Part shown: positions 48,467 to 61,316 of the stretch, piece by piece | Layout of the letters: each line of letters opens with the position of its first letter | How positions within the stretch are numbered: position 1 is the stretch's first letter | Origin: Vezdaea acicularis | Lineage: Eukaryota | Assembly: GCA_026025075.1 (NCBI GenBank) | Contig: JAPEUI010000007.1 | Span: 1-64,000, forward strand | Length of the DNA: 64,000 bases | Direction: 5' to 3' | The notes under the pieces: model-generated | What the model saw: only the letters and a program-made list of their open reading frames with translations | The model's database searches: none | Told to the model about the DNA's origin: nothing | Made by a program: the position numbers and the translations under genes

Positions 48467-51227
48467 TAATTCCACAGCTGTAATTATCAAGCACGCTGAG
48501 GCGGTCGATACGAAAGCGTCGGCCACCTATCTCAATGAGCGCACATGTTTATCGCTATTGGACCACGTTACCCATTTGGTCGTGGTCCTATCTCGACGCT
48601 CGAGCCGAAGTGCCTATCTCATGAAAGGGTCAACGGGGCAACGTCCCTCGGATCGAAGTAGCAGCGACAAAAAACCCCTATGAGTTGTGCAATGGCATGA
48701 TCGACTTTCCGAGAACCTCCGTCCAATCCGAATGTACTTGACAATATGGCATACTGTGCGTGTGATCGCCTTCACCACCTATTTTCTAGATATGGATTGA
48801 AAATATGAGGCTGAAACGGAGGAAAAAGACGTCATCGTGAGCAGAACTATCCAATTACATGACGCAGATCTACGGCAAGTCCGACGGAGTTTAAAGTAAC
48901 CCGCGACTAAGCAGCGAGTTGATCATGGGGTCACGCCGGCAACCCTGAGTCAAGTCCGATTCATACGAACGAGACCCCGTCTCTAGCCAACAGACTCAAA
49001 CGGGGCGAGCGCGCGACGTCACCTCTGTTTGAGCATGATTTCTTCTTCTTCACGAGATATCGCCAACACGACGGATTTGGCAGACTTGGCGATGTCCGAC
49101 GACCGACGTCCGACAAGCGGTGTCGCATTCATCCTCACCGTCTCAGCGCCTGGACCCGACGCTCGGGGCATCTGCCATGAGTAGAGACTGATCGCGATCA
49201 ACGTCCCCGAGCGGGCCAATCCCCTCGGGACGCGTGAAGGGGGAAGGCTGTGAGAGCGGGGTGCCACCATTCGCGTCCGTGCCTGAGCAGCTGACTGCGC
49301 GCGATGAGGTCTGAAGGCAAAAACCCTTGAGAAGCCGTCGGCCAGTGCGGATGTGGTGTGGAAGGGCACTAGAACGGCCGAAGAAGGTAAGCAACGGGAC
49401 TAGTTCAGGTCGGCCTGCCTCAATGATGCCGTCGAGGAGGAGCGGTGCCTCGACGAAAGATGGAGGTGAGGCCTAAGCTTGGGCTGATGTCGTACAGAAC
49501 GTGGGGTTGCGCGAGGCGCACTGCGGACTATACGGCCGCATTATTGGCGAAAAGCGACGGGAGTTTGGGGGAACATAGACACCACCTCAGCCCAATTAAA
49601 AGCATGGCTATGACGATAATGCATACGTACCCTTCCCGACCGGGAGCCATGGTACCTTACGATAGGAGAACGGTGTGGGCAAAGACCGTCCGAAGAACGT
49701 CCATGTCTCGTTGGTGCTTACGCACAATCAAGCAGCCGTTGGGGGGGTGGAAAAGTCGGTCGGCTTGTTTCGGCAGTCGCCTTACTATTCTTGCACGCAC
49801 GGCGACGCGCCCGCTCTGATCCCGAAGACTTTGATCGTTTGAGCCCATCAAGACCATCATGATCCATAGGTCTGGAGGACAGAATGGTAGAATTGCGATG
49901 GGCTGGGCGGCTTTCCCCTTACTGGGGTTGGCAACGACTCGAGTTTCTATCGAAAAAGGCTGTGCACGACGGGCGCGCCTAATCTTCCTCTCGGTTCTCC
50001 CACCAGACGCTTGGCAGAGCAGTGTCGAATGGGGGCTGCACCCTCTCGCGCTCGTTGATTGGCCGACTGAGCCTCGCCTCAACCGTCAGCCACAGCGAGT
50101 CCGCGATCGTTTGGGAGCAGCAGGTGAGTCGAGCCGGGGTCGGCTCAACCCACAGAGCGACTCCAACTCTCGTAAGGCTGTCGATGTGGAAATGAGATGG
50201 AGGCGGAGCGACGCGTCTTTCCTCGTGGAGAGAATGTATCGGAGGTCCCCGAAGGTTCGGTCCATTGTGTCCCCGCAAAATCCTTCCCCAGTGCATCGCT
50301 ATGGCCGAGTTGCGAAGGGGGAGCGTGGGAGGCGGCTCCGGTCAGTCCTCTGATTACCAACTCTCCACCGCACACCCTCGAGAATAAGCGCAGAAAGCCT
50401 CGAAATCGGCATCAGACGGGATACGCATGAGATGTCCCTTCAAACGGCGGCCATTTCTGCGCTGTTCGAGGACGGTTTCACGCCCGTAGCAGCATTATTT
50501 TGCAAACGGCGCATAGGGCTATTTGCGTGAGGGCCGCGAGAAAATAGCAGCTCCACCAACATCGTCGACATCGGCGGCAAGCAGAGTTACCTCAGATACC
50601 GCGATCAAAATACTTGGAGCTCGAGGGAGTGCCTCCTCGACCTGTCATCTTGGCCTGGCCATGTCTCTCCGTCTGCAGGGGGTATTCACACCCTCCCCTT
50701 CGAGCGTCAGGCGTTCTGCTCGGCTGTCGAAGGTGTCCGCAAGAGCAGGTCAGTGTGTCATCGCCCAAGCCCACCCTCGACCCCGGTCCGCTTGCGCACC
50801 ACTCCGGTTAGTGCACCCGCACTTTTCGTGGTTGACTGATTCGAATTCAGGCATCCATCGTGCACCCATTGACCACTCCCCACACGGGATATAAGATATC
50901 ACCGCCGCCCCCTCCACCTTGACCTTTTCTCCACCATCAACAGTCATACAACCCATACAGCAGAACAACTCGGCGTCTTCATCGCGGACGCCTTTGCACT
51001 TCCAAGTGACTCGGCCTAAGAACACCGTCAAAGTGTCTTACCCTTACTACTACTACAACAACAACTACTACTACTACCCATACCCTTCTCCCCTCAACGC
51101 CGGCGCAGACGCTCTGCGCCGACCTCACACCACGGACCCAACGTCCTACGCCTTCAACTACAACCGTCCCTCATCATACCCTCTCAAGTCTTCCCTATCC
51201 AACTCGCCCCGGCGCACCTCCACCAGA

Positions 51228-51839
51228 ATGCCTCACGCCGAAGCCACCTCGCCCGGCGTCCGCTTTGCGGCGACCGCAACCTACACCCGCCAACCCACCG
51301 AGCGCGAGACCTCCCTCTTCTTCACCTTCGCCGACCACATCTTCGTCTGCCCCGACTGCTCCCTCCGCTCCCGCACCCTCTGCGACAACGGGCACTACCT
51401 CGCCCAGCTCATCGCCAAGCACGTCTACAGCAAAGCCGGCAAGACCTTCAGCGCGACTGAGCGCGAGGAGGGATCCGTGCCCGTGCAAGTCGAGATCCCC
51501 GTCGGCTGCGAGAGCGTGCGCACCCTCTTGCGCGCCCTCGAAGAAGGCCGAGGCGGGCGACAATCCGCCGACCGCAGCTACTACGTCGCGCCCCGAAGGT
51601 CGGAGCACGCTGAGCGGCCCGCGCAGACGCAGCCTCAACCTCAACCGCAATCACAGTACTACGCTTCAGACCCGTACACATATGCGCCCGCGCAGGCTCC
51701 CGAGTACACACAGCCTGCGGCGCCGCGGACGAGGAAGCGATACTCGGTCTACAACCCGCAGCCCGCGAGCCAGCAATACCCGGTCTACGCGACCACGGCG
51801 GGCGGCCGAGGCGACTCGCGCTGGAGCTACGACAGGTGA
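51228..51839 (+). CDS. Hypothetical fungal protein with a His/Cys cluster (HxxxCxxC...CxxGH)
   Basis: ORF with strong C-ending codon bias: MPHAEATSPGVRFA...FADHIFVCPDC...LCDNGHYLAQ...QVEIPVGCESVRTLLRALEEG. Confidence 0.72.
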   Translation: MPHAEATSPGVRFAATATYTRQPTERETSLFFTFADHIFVCPDCSLRSRTLCDNGHYLAQLIAKHVYSKAGKTFSATEREEGSVPVQVEIPVGCESVRTLLRALEEGRGGRQSADRSYYVAPRRSEHAERPAQTQPQPQPQSQYYASDPYTYAPAQAPEYTQPAAPRTRKRYSVYNPQPASQQYPVYATTAGGRGDSRWSYDR

Positions 51840-54800
51840 AGTGGGAAGAAGACAACGAACGGGGACGTCGATAAATAAACTACCCAACAACAACAACCAA
51901 AAAAAAGGAGAAGGGCCTAAAACATTTCCCTCATCTGGTTTTCTTCCATCTGGACGAATCACTTCCAACGGCACCTCCGCGCCCTTGAAAAAAAGTCTTC
52001 GGCGCCAAGGAGGGCCTTCGGGCTTCAGGCTTCGGGGCCTCATAGGGACTTTTCTCTTTTTGCACATGTACATAAAAACACATCTGCAACTCCCCAGCCT
52101 CTCTTGTTTTCCTACGTTTCTTCGACGGAGGGAGGGGAGCGCGCGGGAGCGAACACCGGTTCGAAAGGGAAATATGGTGTCTACTGAGTCACTGGAATAT
52201 TAAATGTATGCCATGCATGGGCTGGAGGTGGAACATGGATGTGGATACGGAGGTGGATGTGTGTGGAGAGTCGAGGTTCGAGCACCGCTCCCTCCTCTTG
52301 CCGGTTACGGTACTTGGCTGTATCCGATACGATACGATACGATGCGATGGGCATGCACTCGAAGATGGTGGATAGGCTAGTTTACTGAATAACCTCAATA
52401 TTACTATACCTTACTACCCCGCACATAAATGCCTGCGCGAGTGAAGGAACTGTCTTGGTGGTGGGCTCGTTGGTGATTAGCTAGGCTCACAATGCAAAAC
52501 AAAAATGTCACCAATACAATCGTTCTTCGAAAAAGCGCACTCCGCGAAGTAAACATCTTTCCGTGAGAAATGATTCATACCCTCCACATGCAGTCTAGAA
52601 CCCACGAGCCCTACTGTCGTGTCCGCTTTTGCGCGCCGCCGAGAAGGGAAGGACAGATAGAGGTGTGCGGGTAGGAAAGGCCTATCTCTCGGGAAGGGTG
52701 CTGACGAATCAGGGCTTCCCCACTCCCCGCTGGCTGGCTGGCGACGGCGGTGCAGCCGATGGAGAGGGGGCGATGACTCGACGGGATCTCGTTCTCGCTT
52801 ATGAGCCCCAGAGTTTGGGGGGAAGGGGGAGGGGTAACTTTTCTCGGCCGTTGGATGAGTGTGGTAGGGCATGGAGGCTGGGTGTTTGTGGGGTTGTGTA
52901 TGGGGTTCTCGTGCTGGGTGAGGAGGTGAGTGAGGAGGTAGATCGTCATGAGGCGGAGGGAGAAGAGAGGAATAGGGATGGTACAGTACAGTAAGGCGGG
53001 GAGCAGCAGTCGGAGTAGGAAGGGAGCAGCGATTCAGATATCGCCTCCAGGGCGTCCTCAACGAGTACAGTATCGAGAATTTTCACGTCATGGCATGAGT
53101 TATCATGTGTACGTCCACATACCAGCAGAAAGCCGTCGAAGTAGAAGAAACAAACAGAACCCCCCTTCAATCGAGCAACTTCTCCACGATTCCGTCGCCG
53201 GGGGAATGGGACGTGGTGTTCACCCCAGGAGGAGAGAGTTGAAGCTGTTGCCTGGTTCGATTCGCACGCGCACACGCGCGCCATTCCCTACGGGCCGCGC
53301 CGGGACCGGGAGGACCGAGATGGAGATGGATGTACCGAGCCATACAAACACAGGCAATGGGTGACTTTTTTTTTTCCAATCAAGACATTTTTGTTCGGAA
53401 CACCGCGAGTAGGACCAATGATGACGAAGCCCGTTTGTTCAGTTTAGGCTGGCGAGGAGGGAGGGCATTGGGGGCCTGGCGAAGAGTTCGCCGCGCGTGC
53501 GGCACAGGAGTGGACATGCCAGCTGAACCGGGATTTGTTTGGCAGGTGGGAAGTTGGCCTGGCGCGGAAGTCTGAGGGCCTGGGTTTGGATGGAGTCAGA
53601 GGGGGGTGTTTTTTTGTTTGCTGAGGTTTTTGCGGTGGTGTAGGGCGTGGGTGTGCGATTGTTTGCGTGCGCAAGAGATAGTGAGGGAGAGAGAGGTCAT
53701 GGCGATGACTCGCCGGGTTGGTTGGTTGGGTCTGCCTCGCTGGGCTGGACCGCACGACGGAGAGTGGCCGGTTAGTCGAGCGGAGGTGCCGAAATCGATA
53801 GTGCGATGCGCTGCAGCAGACCGTGACTGCGCAACCCGATCTCTCTTTCTCCGCCAGGCAGTGAGTCAGGCCTCCGAATGCGCGTGGTTGTGCGGGAAAA
53901 AGTATGGGCTCCTGTTCATCGTGTGCTGAGTGGTGGATGGCTGTCTCGGCGGCGGCGAGGCGGTGCAGAACATGCGACTTTGCTGGCTGGGCAGGGAATT
54001 GGATAACGTGATTCGATGGTTTGGGGGCCATGAGGCGCGGAGGACGCCGTGCGCGAAATGACGTCTGGTGGAACCTCTTATTCCGTAGATGCGTACATGT
54101 CGTCCTTAAGGTACCTTTCGAGGAATGGAGGCGGAGAAAGTCCCGATAGAGACGGAGTGGACGGAATGAGTTGGTGAGAGGGCGAGGTCGTTGAGGTCCA
54201 TTGAGTGATGTATAGCAAGGAGTGTCTTCGAGAGCTACTAAGCATACGATTACGGACAGATGCTTTCGAGCAAAAGTTCATGTCGATGAGGGTCTTGTTG
54301 ATTATAGACGCCATCCCATATGTATTTGCCTGTTGGGCTAGCCAGAGCCGTCACCATCTACTAATCATGAGATACGGCTGAACATCGATAATACAGTCGA
54401 CTGCTATTCACCTAGAAAAGAGGGTTGGAGGTTTCCTTTCTATCCTGGACGTCCAGAAGCTCTCTAGTTCCGTGGATGTAAAGAGGACGGCACGTGACAT
54501 CCTTCCAGTCGGTTGCGGTACCAGAGCGTCGGCAAGCGCAGTGCGGGTTAGCGAAGGTACCCCGCAATTTGACATGTGAGCACGAGGGCAAAGCCTGCTT
54601 GCGGCCGTGACGATTCTGCGGCAAGTGTTGACCGCGAGAAGAGTTACATATTCCCAGTCCTTTGCCGTCCTGCTCAGAACATAGTCCTCTTGTTGCATTG
54701 ATGTTGTGTGCTGAGAGGATTCTGGCGCTCATCTTGCATCGTCACTGCTCGTGCGGGGCATCGGAGATCCTGCTGCACGTCGCAGATAACGGGAAAGCTT

Positions 54801-55413
54801 AACCTCGCAACCACTATAGAGCTTCGCGCATTCCTCGAATACATCAATTGAGGAGCATTTTGAACTTTTACAGCTCTCGAAGTTGCGGCTTCTGTAGTTG
54901 ACCAAGCCAAGCGCTCCTGCCTCGATTGATGCCCGCGCTTGCTACCAGTAGTCAATTCCCCGCTTCCTACACACCGGAGATTGGCCGCCGCTCGGCCGAG
55001 CCGTACAGCTTTTAGCCCTACACATCGTGGACCGACATATGTCCCTTGCTCCATCACTTACTCGACGTTTCTCAAGGCTTTCGAGCTGCTTACTGGCAAT
55101 TGCATTAGCCTTATCATTACCATTGTTATTCAACTTTTGCCGCTCTACCATGATACTTTAGACTATCTGTGCTTTGAGTACTTCTTGCTGTTGCGAATAG
55201 GTAAGTAACCTCTCAGCAGGGTAAACATAGCTGCACACGAGCAGATTTACCCGCCATCTAATTACGGCATTGACCCCTTGCGCTTTTCTTGACCCTTCTA
55301 TTCGTCTTCTCCCCTCGATGCTAACTGAAGGATGTCACTACAGAGCTCATAGCCATCTAGCTGGACCAAGCCATCATATACTGCCTTACCTACCCCTTGA
55401 CCCCTTAACAACC

Positions 55414-56522
55414 ATGTCCTCATCATCAGGAGCCGTTGAGACGGCGAAGAAGAAGGCAGACGCCACTCTGCATAAGGCTAAAGACAAGACGTCAGAGATC
55501 AACGAGGCCGCCAAAGAAGCCCTCAAGTCCACAATACAAGAACCCAAAGCGGCAAAGGATACTTTCTTACATACACCTTGGGTCCGAGCTCTTCTGCCTT
55601 TTGTCAACGGCGGCCTCGCTGGTATGACGGCTACAACAGTCATCCAACCCGTCGATATGGTAAAAGTGCGTCTCCAACTTGCCGGCGAGGGTGCAAAGAC
55701 AGGTCCTAAGCCCTCAGCAGTAGGCATAACGCGCGAGATCATTGCCTCGGGAAAAGTCATGGATCTCTACACCGGTCTATCAGCAGGCCTCCTACGGCAA
55801 GCAGTATACACGACAGCGCGTCTAGGCTTCTTCGACACCTTCATGAAAGCGCTCACCGTCCGCTCGCAGAAGATGGGCCAAGAGATCGGCTTCAAAGAGC
55901 GGGCAGGCGCCGGCCTTACAGCAGGTGGCCTGGCAGCATGTATAGGAAACCCCGCCGATCTTGCACTCATCCGCATGCAGTCGGACGGTCTCAAGCCTCT
56001 TGCACAGCGCAACAACTATAGCTCCGTAATCCATGCTCTCACGCACATTGCCAAGTCCGAAGGGATAACCGCGCTGTGGGCCGGCGCCTTTCCGACCGTC
56101 GTGCGTGCGATGGCGCTGAACTTTGGGCAGCTTGCCTTCTTCAGCGAAGCCAAGCAGCAGCTCAAAGCGAAGACGGAGCTGTCACCCAAAGTGCAGACGT
56201 TGGCAGCGAGCGGCGTGGCGGGGTTCTTCGCAAGTTTCTTTTCGTTGCCCTTTGACTTTGTGAAGACGCGGTTGCAGAAGCAGCAGAGGGGCCCGGACGG
56301 GAAGGTGCCGTATTCGAGCATGCTCGACTGTTTCCGGAAGGTCGCCAAGGATGAAGGCCTGTTGAGGTTCTATCGGGGATTCGGCACGTATTATGTTCGG
56401 ATTGCGCCGCATGCGTAAGTTTTTGGAATTGCCCTGGCGGGAAGTGCGAGCTTGCTAACAAATCTGACCATAGCATGGTGACGCTCATTGTTGCCGACTA
56501 CCTTGGATTCATCACGAAGTAG
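55414..56522 (+). CDS. Mitochondrial 2-oxoglutarate/malate (dicarboxylate) carrier
   Basis: Three carrier motifs (PVDMVKVR, PADLALIRMQ, PFDFVKTR), GLSAGLLRQAVYTTARLG and YYVRIAPHA|MVTL. A 5'UTR intron is likely at about 55201..55343. Confidence 0.92.
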
Positions 56523-56882
56523 GGGATGATCGTTCATTGACCTCTTTTTGCGGGGGGATTCTGGCCCCAACTTGGATGACAGCGATCACGCGCTGGTACA
56601 TAGGATCAACCTGTCAGGAGCAGCTCATGCTCGTCCAGGTCTCTCCAAAGCACTCTCTTTTAATCTTTTCATACTGGCGTCGTTGGCATTGGGGCGAATG
56701 TTCATGCGCATAAGGATGATTTTGTTTCCTTTCACCATCCTGCGGCGCGTTTGCTTTTTCTTTCAAACTGCATAATACTTGATGCATTTCGATTATCTGT
56801 GGGTGTAGGAATCAAAACGCTCATCATTGCCCTCTTTCTGAGAATGTCTGACGCTATATCTCATGAGAGCCTGAACACCACC

Positions 56883-58220
56883 TTAGCCCATCTCCACATC
56901 CTCGTCCTCGTCCTCGCTCTCCTCAACGAGTCTCCTAGCCAATCTCTCCCTCTTAACCCTTCGACTCGCCCTCTTCCCCCCACCACCCACATCCTCGTCA
57001 TCCTCATCCTCCTCCTCGCCATCCACACTCTCCGCCCTCCGTCCGCGGAGCACACTATTCTCCACCTCGCCCTCACCCTCATCCGCCTCCTCCTCCCTCC
57101 TCTCCTGCATCCGCCTCACCCTCCGCAACAGTACCGGATCACTCCTCAGATCCGCCATTCGGAGCATCTGATCGCAGCAAGGACACTTGACTGCCCTCTC
57201 GCCCTCGCCTCTACGGCCGTTCCCACCGACGCGCGCGGCAGACTGGCTGATCATGCCGACGATGGCGGAGCGCTCGAAGCTGTGCGGACAGAGAACGGAG
57301 GTCACGGGGTTGACGAAGGGGAGGAGCGTTAGTGGACATTTGAGGCTGGTGCGGACGGTGCTGATGGCGAGGTCGGAGTCGGAGGAGTGCTCGTGGGGGT
57401 CGGCGGGGAGGGTGGCGGTGGTGGCGTGGCGCGTCGTGCGGCCTGGGTCGATGGCGGCGGAGGGGGAGTGGGAGGGGGAAGGGGGGAACCAGGTCGAGGC
57501 GTGGGGGACGGGAGGGGCGTTCTCGCCGGGGTGCTGCGCGTCGTGGATGGTGCGCTTGAAGCCGGTGTAGGTGTTTGTGGTGGCGTAGCGGTCGCGGAGG
57601 GATTTGCTGGTGTAGGCGTTCATTTGGGTCGTGAGGGAGGAGGCGAAGATGGAGGGGAGGCTTTGGGGGGTAGTGGCTTCCGGAGGGGGGGAGGAGTCGG
57701 GCTGGAAACTCTCATCGTGTGCGTCGGTGTCCTCGTCGTCGTCGTTATTTCGGTGTCTTCGTTGAGCCCGCGGGTTCTGTTGTCCGCGGCCGCTCCGGGC
57801 GTTTCCCTCGACTTCCTTGAGAGCGCGGAGGACGCTCTGTACGCGCTCCTCGCCGTCACATACTGCTCTGATCCGCTCCTCAATCACGCTTGTCATGTGC
57901 TCCACGCGTTCCTGCGCCTCCGCTAGCTCTTCCTGCTCTTCGGCGTCTTCGAGGGGGTGGCCATTCTTCTCTCGTTGCGCCTGGCGGCGTCGGATGTTGT
58001 TCTCACGCCGTTTGAGGGAGTCGATTAGCTCGCCGGCATTGTCGGTTAGGTAAGAGGTTGCGGCGTCGAGATGAATAGAGAGGGGGAGGATGGGGTGTAT
58101 TTGGGCGAGCTGGGAGAGGGCACGGGTTTGGGAGGGGGTGAGGGGGCCTAGTGGGGGTTGGTGGGGAGGGAGGGTCGTATTAGAGCTGGGGGATGAGCGA
58201 CGCGGGCGGCGAGAGGCCAT
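56883..58220 (-). CDS. MMS21: SUMO E3 ligase Mms21/Nse2 (Smc5/6 complex)
   Basis: SP-RING SLKCPLTLLPFVNPVTSVLCPHSFERSAI...VKCPCC, an upstream RYATTNTYTGFKRTIHDAQHP motif and an N-terminal coiled coil. Confidence 0.88.
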   Translation of the reverse strand: MASRRPRRSSPSSNTTLPPHQPPLGPLTPSQTRALSQLAQIHPILPLSIHLDAATSYLTDNAGELIDSLKRRENNIRRRQAQREKNGHPLEDAEEQEELAEAQERVEHMTSVIEERIRAVCDGEERVQSVLRALKEVEGNARSGRGQQNPRAQRRHRNNDDDEDTDAHDESFQPDSSPPPEATTPQSLPSIFASSLTTQMNAYTSKSLRDRYATTNTYTGFKRTIHDAQHPGENAPPVPHASTWFPPSPSHSPSAAIDPGRTTRHATTATLPADPHEHSSDSDLAISTVRTSLKCPLTLLPFVNPVTSVLCPHSFERSAIVGMISQSAARVGGNGRRGEGERAVKCPCCDQMLRMADLRSDPVLLRRVRRMQERREEEADEGEGEVENSVLRGRRAESVDGEEEDEDDEDVGGGGKRASRRVKRERLARRLVEESEDEDEDVEMG

Positions 58221-58683
58221 CAAGCCTAGGACTGGGCTGTTCAGGGTCGATTTTGATTGGTCTGATGTTGAATGAATCTTGTATGAGGTGGGCTTGACGA
58301 GATCTTTGCGTTGAATCGGAGAATCAATGCTGGCTGTAGGTGATAGCAGATGAATTGAGCAACAAAGGTTTCTCGTGGGATCTAGGAAAACGTCGGATAT
58401 TCCGTCTAGAGTAGGCGGGTTAGAGCAGATTAGTCATGATCAGAGATTAGAGTATTGCTAAAATCGTGTGATTGAAGTTGGGATCTCATGGTTGTTTTTG
58501 AGATCGCGTCGCGTGTAAGCGGCACGAAATATTTCGCCTGCTGGCCTAGAAAAGACATGACCAGGTCTCGCCGCTTTAACTTTTGAAATTCTGGAGAAAT
58601 AGTTTTACACCCACAAGCTTAACCAACCACGATCATTCGAACCCCCACACCAACTACCCTGCCACTTCACCTTTTCACTGACT

Positions 58684-59226
58684 ATGGAAGAAAAAGAAAG
58701 AACATCAGCAAGCGAACGCTCTGCTAAGAAGAAAAAGACCGGGGACTCTACATTCCTCCCAACACTTCTAGGCGGATACTGGTCCGGCTCCGAATCTGCT
58801 GAAGACCTCGAAGTCGAACCCCTAAAGAAGAATCGAAGAGGCCAAAGAGCAAGGAGACAGATATGGGAAGCTAAATACGGATCGCGAGCGAATCATCTCA
58901 GAGGGAAAGAGCAGAAAGACAATATCAAGAATGCTGCAGAAGGAAGGAAAAACAAAGGCGTAGGGTCGCAAGGAAGAGGGAGAGGTCGAGGACGCATGGG
59001 CGCTGGGACGTTCAAAGAAGGGCGTAGAGATATAAAAGTCAGAGCAAATGGGGTAGTGAATGGAATCCAGGCTACAGGAGCAAACTCGATGTCGGTTTCT
59101 TCAAGACCCATAGCAAAACCGTTTAACACGGACGCCCCACTACATCCCTCCTGGCTCGCAGCGAAGAAAGCAAAGGAGCAGAAGACTCAAGCACATTTTC
59201 AGGGCAAGAAAATCACCTTCGACTAA
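58684..59226 (+). CDS. BUD22: Bud22/SRFB1-domain ribosome biogenesis protein, short (180 aa)
   Basis: STFLPTLLGGYWSGSES, KKNRRGQRARRQIWEAKYG, LHPSWLAAKKAKE, FQGKKITFD*. Confidence 0.85.
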   Translation: MEEKERTSASERSAKKKKTGDSTFLPTLLGGYWSGSESAEDLEVEPLKKNRRGQRARRQIWEAKYGSRANHLRGKEQKDNIKNAAEGRKNKGVGSQGRGRGRGRMGAGTFKEGRRDIKVRANGVVNGIQATGANSMSVSSRPIAKPFNTDAPLHPSWLAAKKAKEQKTQAHFQGKKITFD

Positions 59227-61316
59227 GTCTATGGGTCTATTTGGTTGTGCCAATGAGCGCCAGCTCGCGACTCTTCTCGAAATCCTGTTCATTTCCCATG
59301 AACATAAAAGCGCACTTCAGACCGCTTCTGCAGATAAAACCGAAGAAAGTCGAGGTTTCTGAATGCTCCAAGTAATTTTCATTTTACGGGCAGGACTATT
59401 TGATAGGACTCCCATATTGCTACAACAAGTTAGCCTTCTTTGGTACAATATCACCGAAACCAAGCGCGTCGCGCGGGGAAGCGCCTTGGTTTAGTTTACG
59501 GGAGGGAGGTGATACTATGAACGCTCGAGATATCTCGAACGTAGCTCCTATTGGTGAGGAGTGCGGGTGGAGACTTGATATGGCCGGGTCGACCATGGCT
59601 AGGGGGCAGGAGAGGTGGCTTGAAAAGCTCCTATTGGCCACTTAGGGTGCGGGTGACACGTCTCCATGCATGACATTGCATGTAGGTCATCTAGAATAGA
59701 GTTCATAATGGCTGGGGTGACGTAGAAATCATTTCTAGATGGTGACCCCCTAAACGTGGTGCCACGTAGGCCAACCAGAGGTCGCCACGCAATTTTAGTG
59801 TAGTTAATATAAAGTTCTCCCCCATAGAACTAGGCAGTCAAAATATATAAGAGTTGGTGTGAAACTGCCAGACAGAGCCATGTTTCTTGTGAATGCAAGT
59901 CCTTTGACATGAGTACACATATTACAAGCGGCTCAGGGGTAAACTAGTAAGCGATCTATTCATTGAGAGCCAGAACATCCGATACACAGAATATCCACCA
60001 GCTGATGTTATGTAGATATCACAATTCACCAGTAACCGGCATCTTCTCACTCTAGTCACGCTGCTTCATTCCCAGCAGGGGATGGCGTGTGGACCAATAT
60101 GCATACCTAGCACCAAGGAATCTAGGGGCTATGCCATCGATAAAAAATTAAGTAATATATGAAGGTAGAAAGGGCATTGAACTTGGAAGTCGATTCCCGA
60201 TGAACTGTCTAGTTTGACCTAGCGGTACATGCAAAAATAGAGCCAAGACTCGAGAATTGCCTTCGTCGGCGGGACGCATGAGCTTCTAGGCAAATAGAGG
60301 TTGGAGGCGCAGCTTGCGACCGTGAAAGTTGGATGACGACCCGGAAGAATGATCTATAGTCCTACTCAGAGAAACTCACGAGGCCAACGGTGGATCTTGC
60401 TTTCTTGATGCCCAAGCATCTAGCCTAGCGAACGAGGAACTGTTCCGTATACAGGCATCACATTCATGGCGAAGTATTGGGGCATATAACCAGATGCTCT
60501 ATCACAAATCATAGCCATATCCGTCCTGGACTTCATCAATCTTGTGTTTGTGTTCGTGGCCGTCTAGTGAATCGAATTGGGTTGAAGGAAGGCGAGAGAC
60601 AGGAGACATACCAAGGTTTGAGGGTTTGGCGGAGACGTGTCGGAATCTACTAAGGTCATCAGTAGATCTCAGCACGCCAATGCAAGTTTTAGCGCCCTCG
60701 CTGATAACAACATCACACAATTCTTCTCCCCGCTTCTCCAAGTCCTTCATTCATCATTTCATCATCGTGCGAACGATCTTCACAAGCTCTCTACGGTCAA
60801 TACCGAAGCTGAAGATTTTTTCCACCGCTATCCTCTGTTATTAAGCTTGTCTACTCATCATGACGAGCGCCATGTTTGACGATCGGGACGGTTGTTGGTC
60901 GGGTGAATGCCAACGCACTCGCGACGCGCCTAGTCGCTATTGGATCGAGTCGCTACCCCTCCTCAGCGGCTACTCAATGTTTCACGTGCAAAGCAGCTTG
61001 AGGTCGAGAGAAAGACATGAGAGATTCGAGCTATGGAAACGCCGGGGTCCATGAAACGATCCGTTCCGCAATTGCTACCGACCAAACCCAATTTCTGCCT
61101 TAGCATTGAGCTTTTAGCTCTCAATTGCTCCTAGGCCAATCGCCTCTCTTCCAAAACCGCATAGGAAAGCGTGTCATCCTGCAGCAAAATATGCACATTC
61201 ATTCGAAAGCAAAAACTTAGGAAACGAGTGGCTGCAGACCCCAGATACTGAAAGCCCCTGATAGTCCATTCCAGGGCACTCTCAGGCCCCTCTTCTCGCT
61301 AATCAAGCGTCACCTA

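Noticed and set aside
49019..50900. ORFs of 100-160 aa between MED13 and the hypothetical gene
   Set aside because: They overlap on both strands and show no motifs or codon bias, so they are probably regulatory or intergenic DNA.
53240..53270. tRNA T-loop-like GGTTCGATTC
   Set aside because: The flanks do not form a T-stem or acceptor stem.
60502..61054. Small ORFs between BUD22 and the Cys-rich gene
   Set aside because: I could not build a consistent spliced model and stops interrupt all frames.
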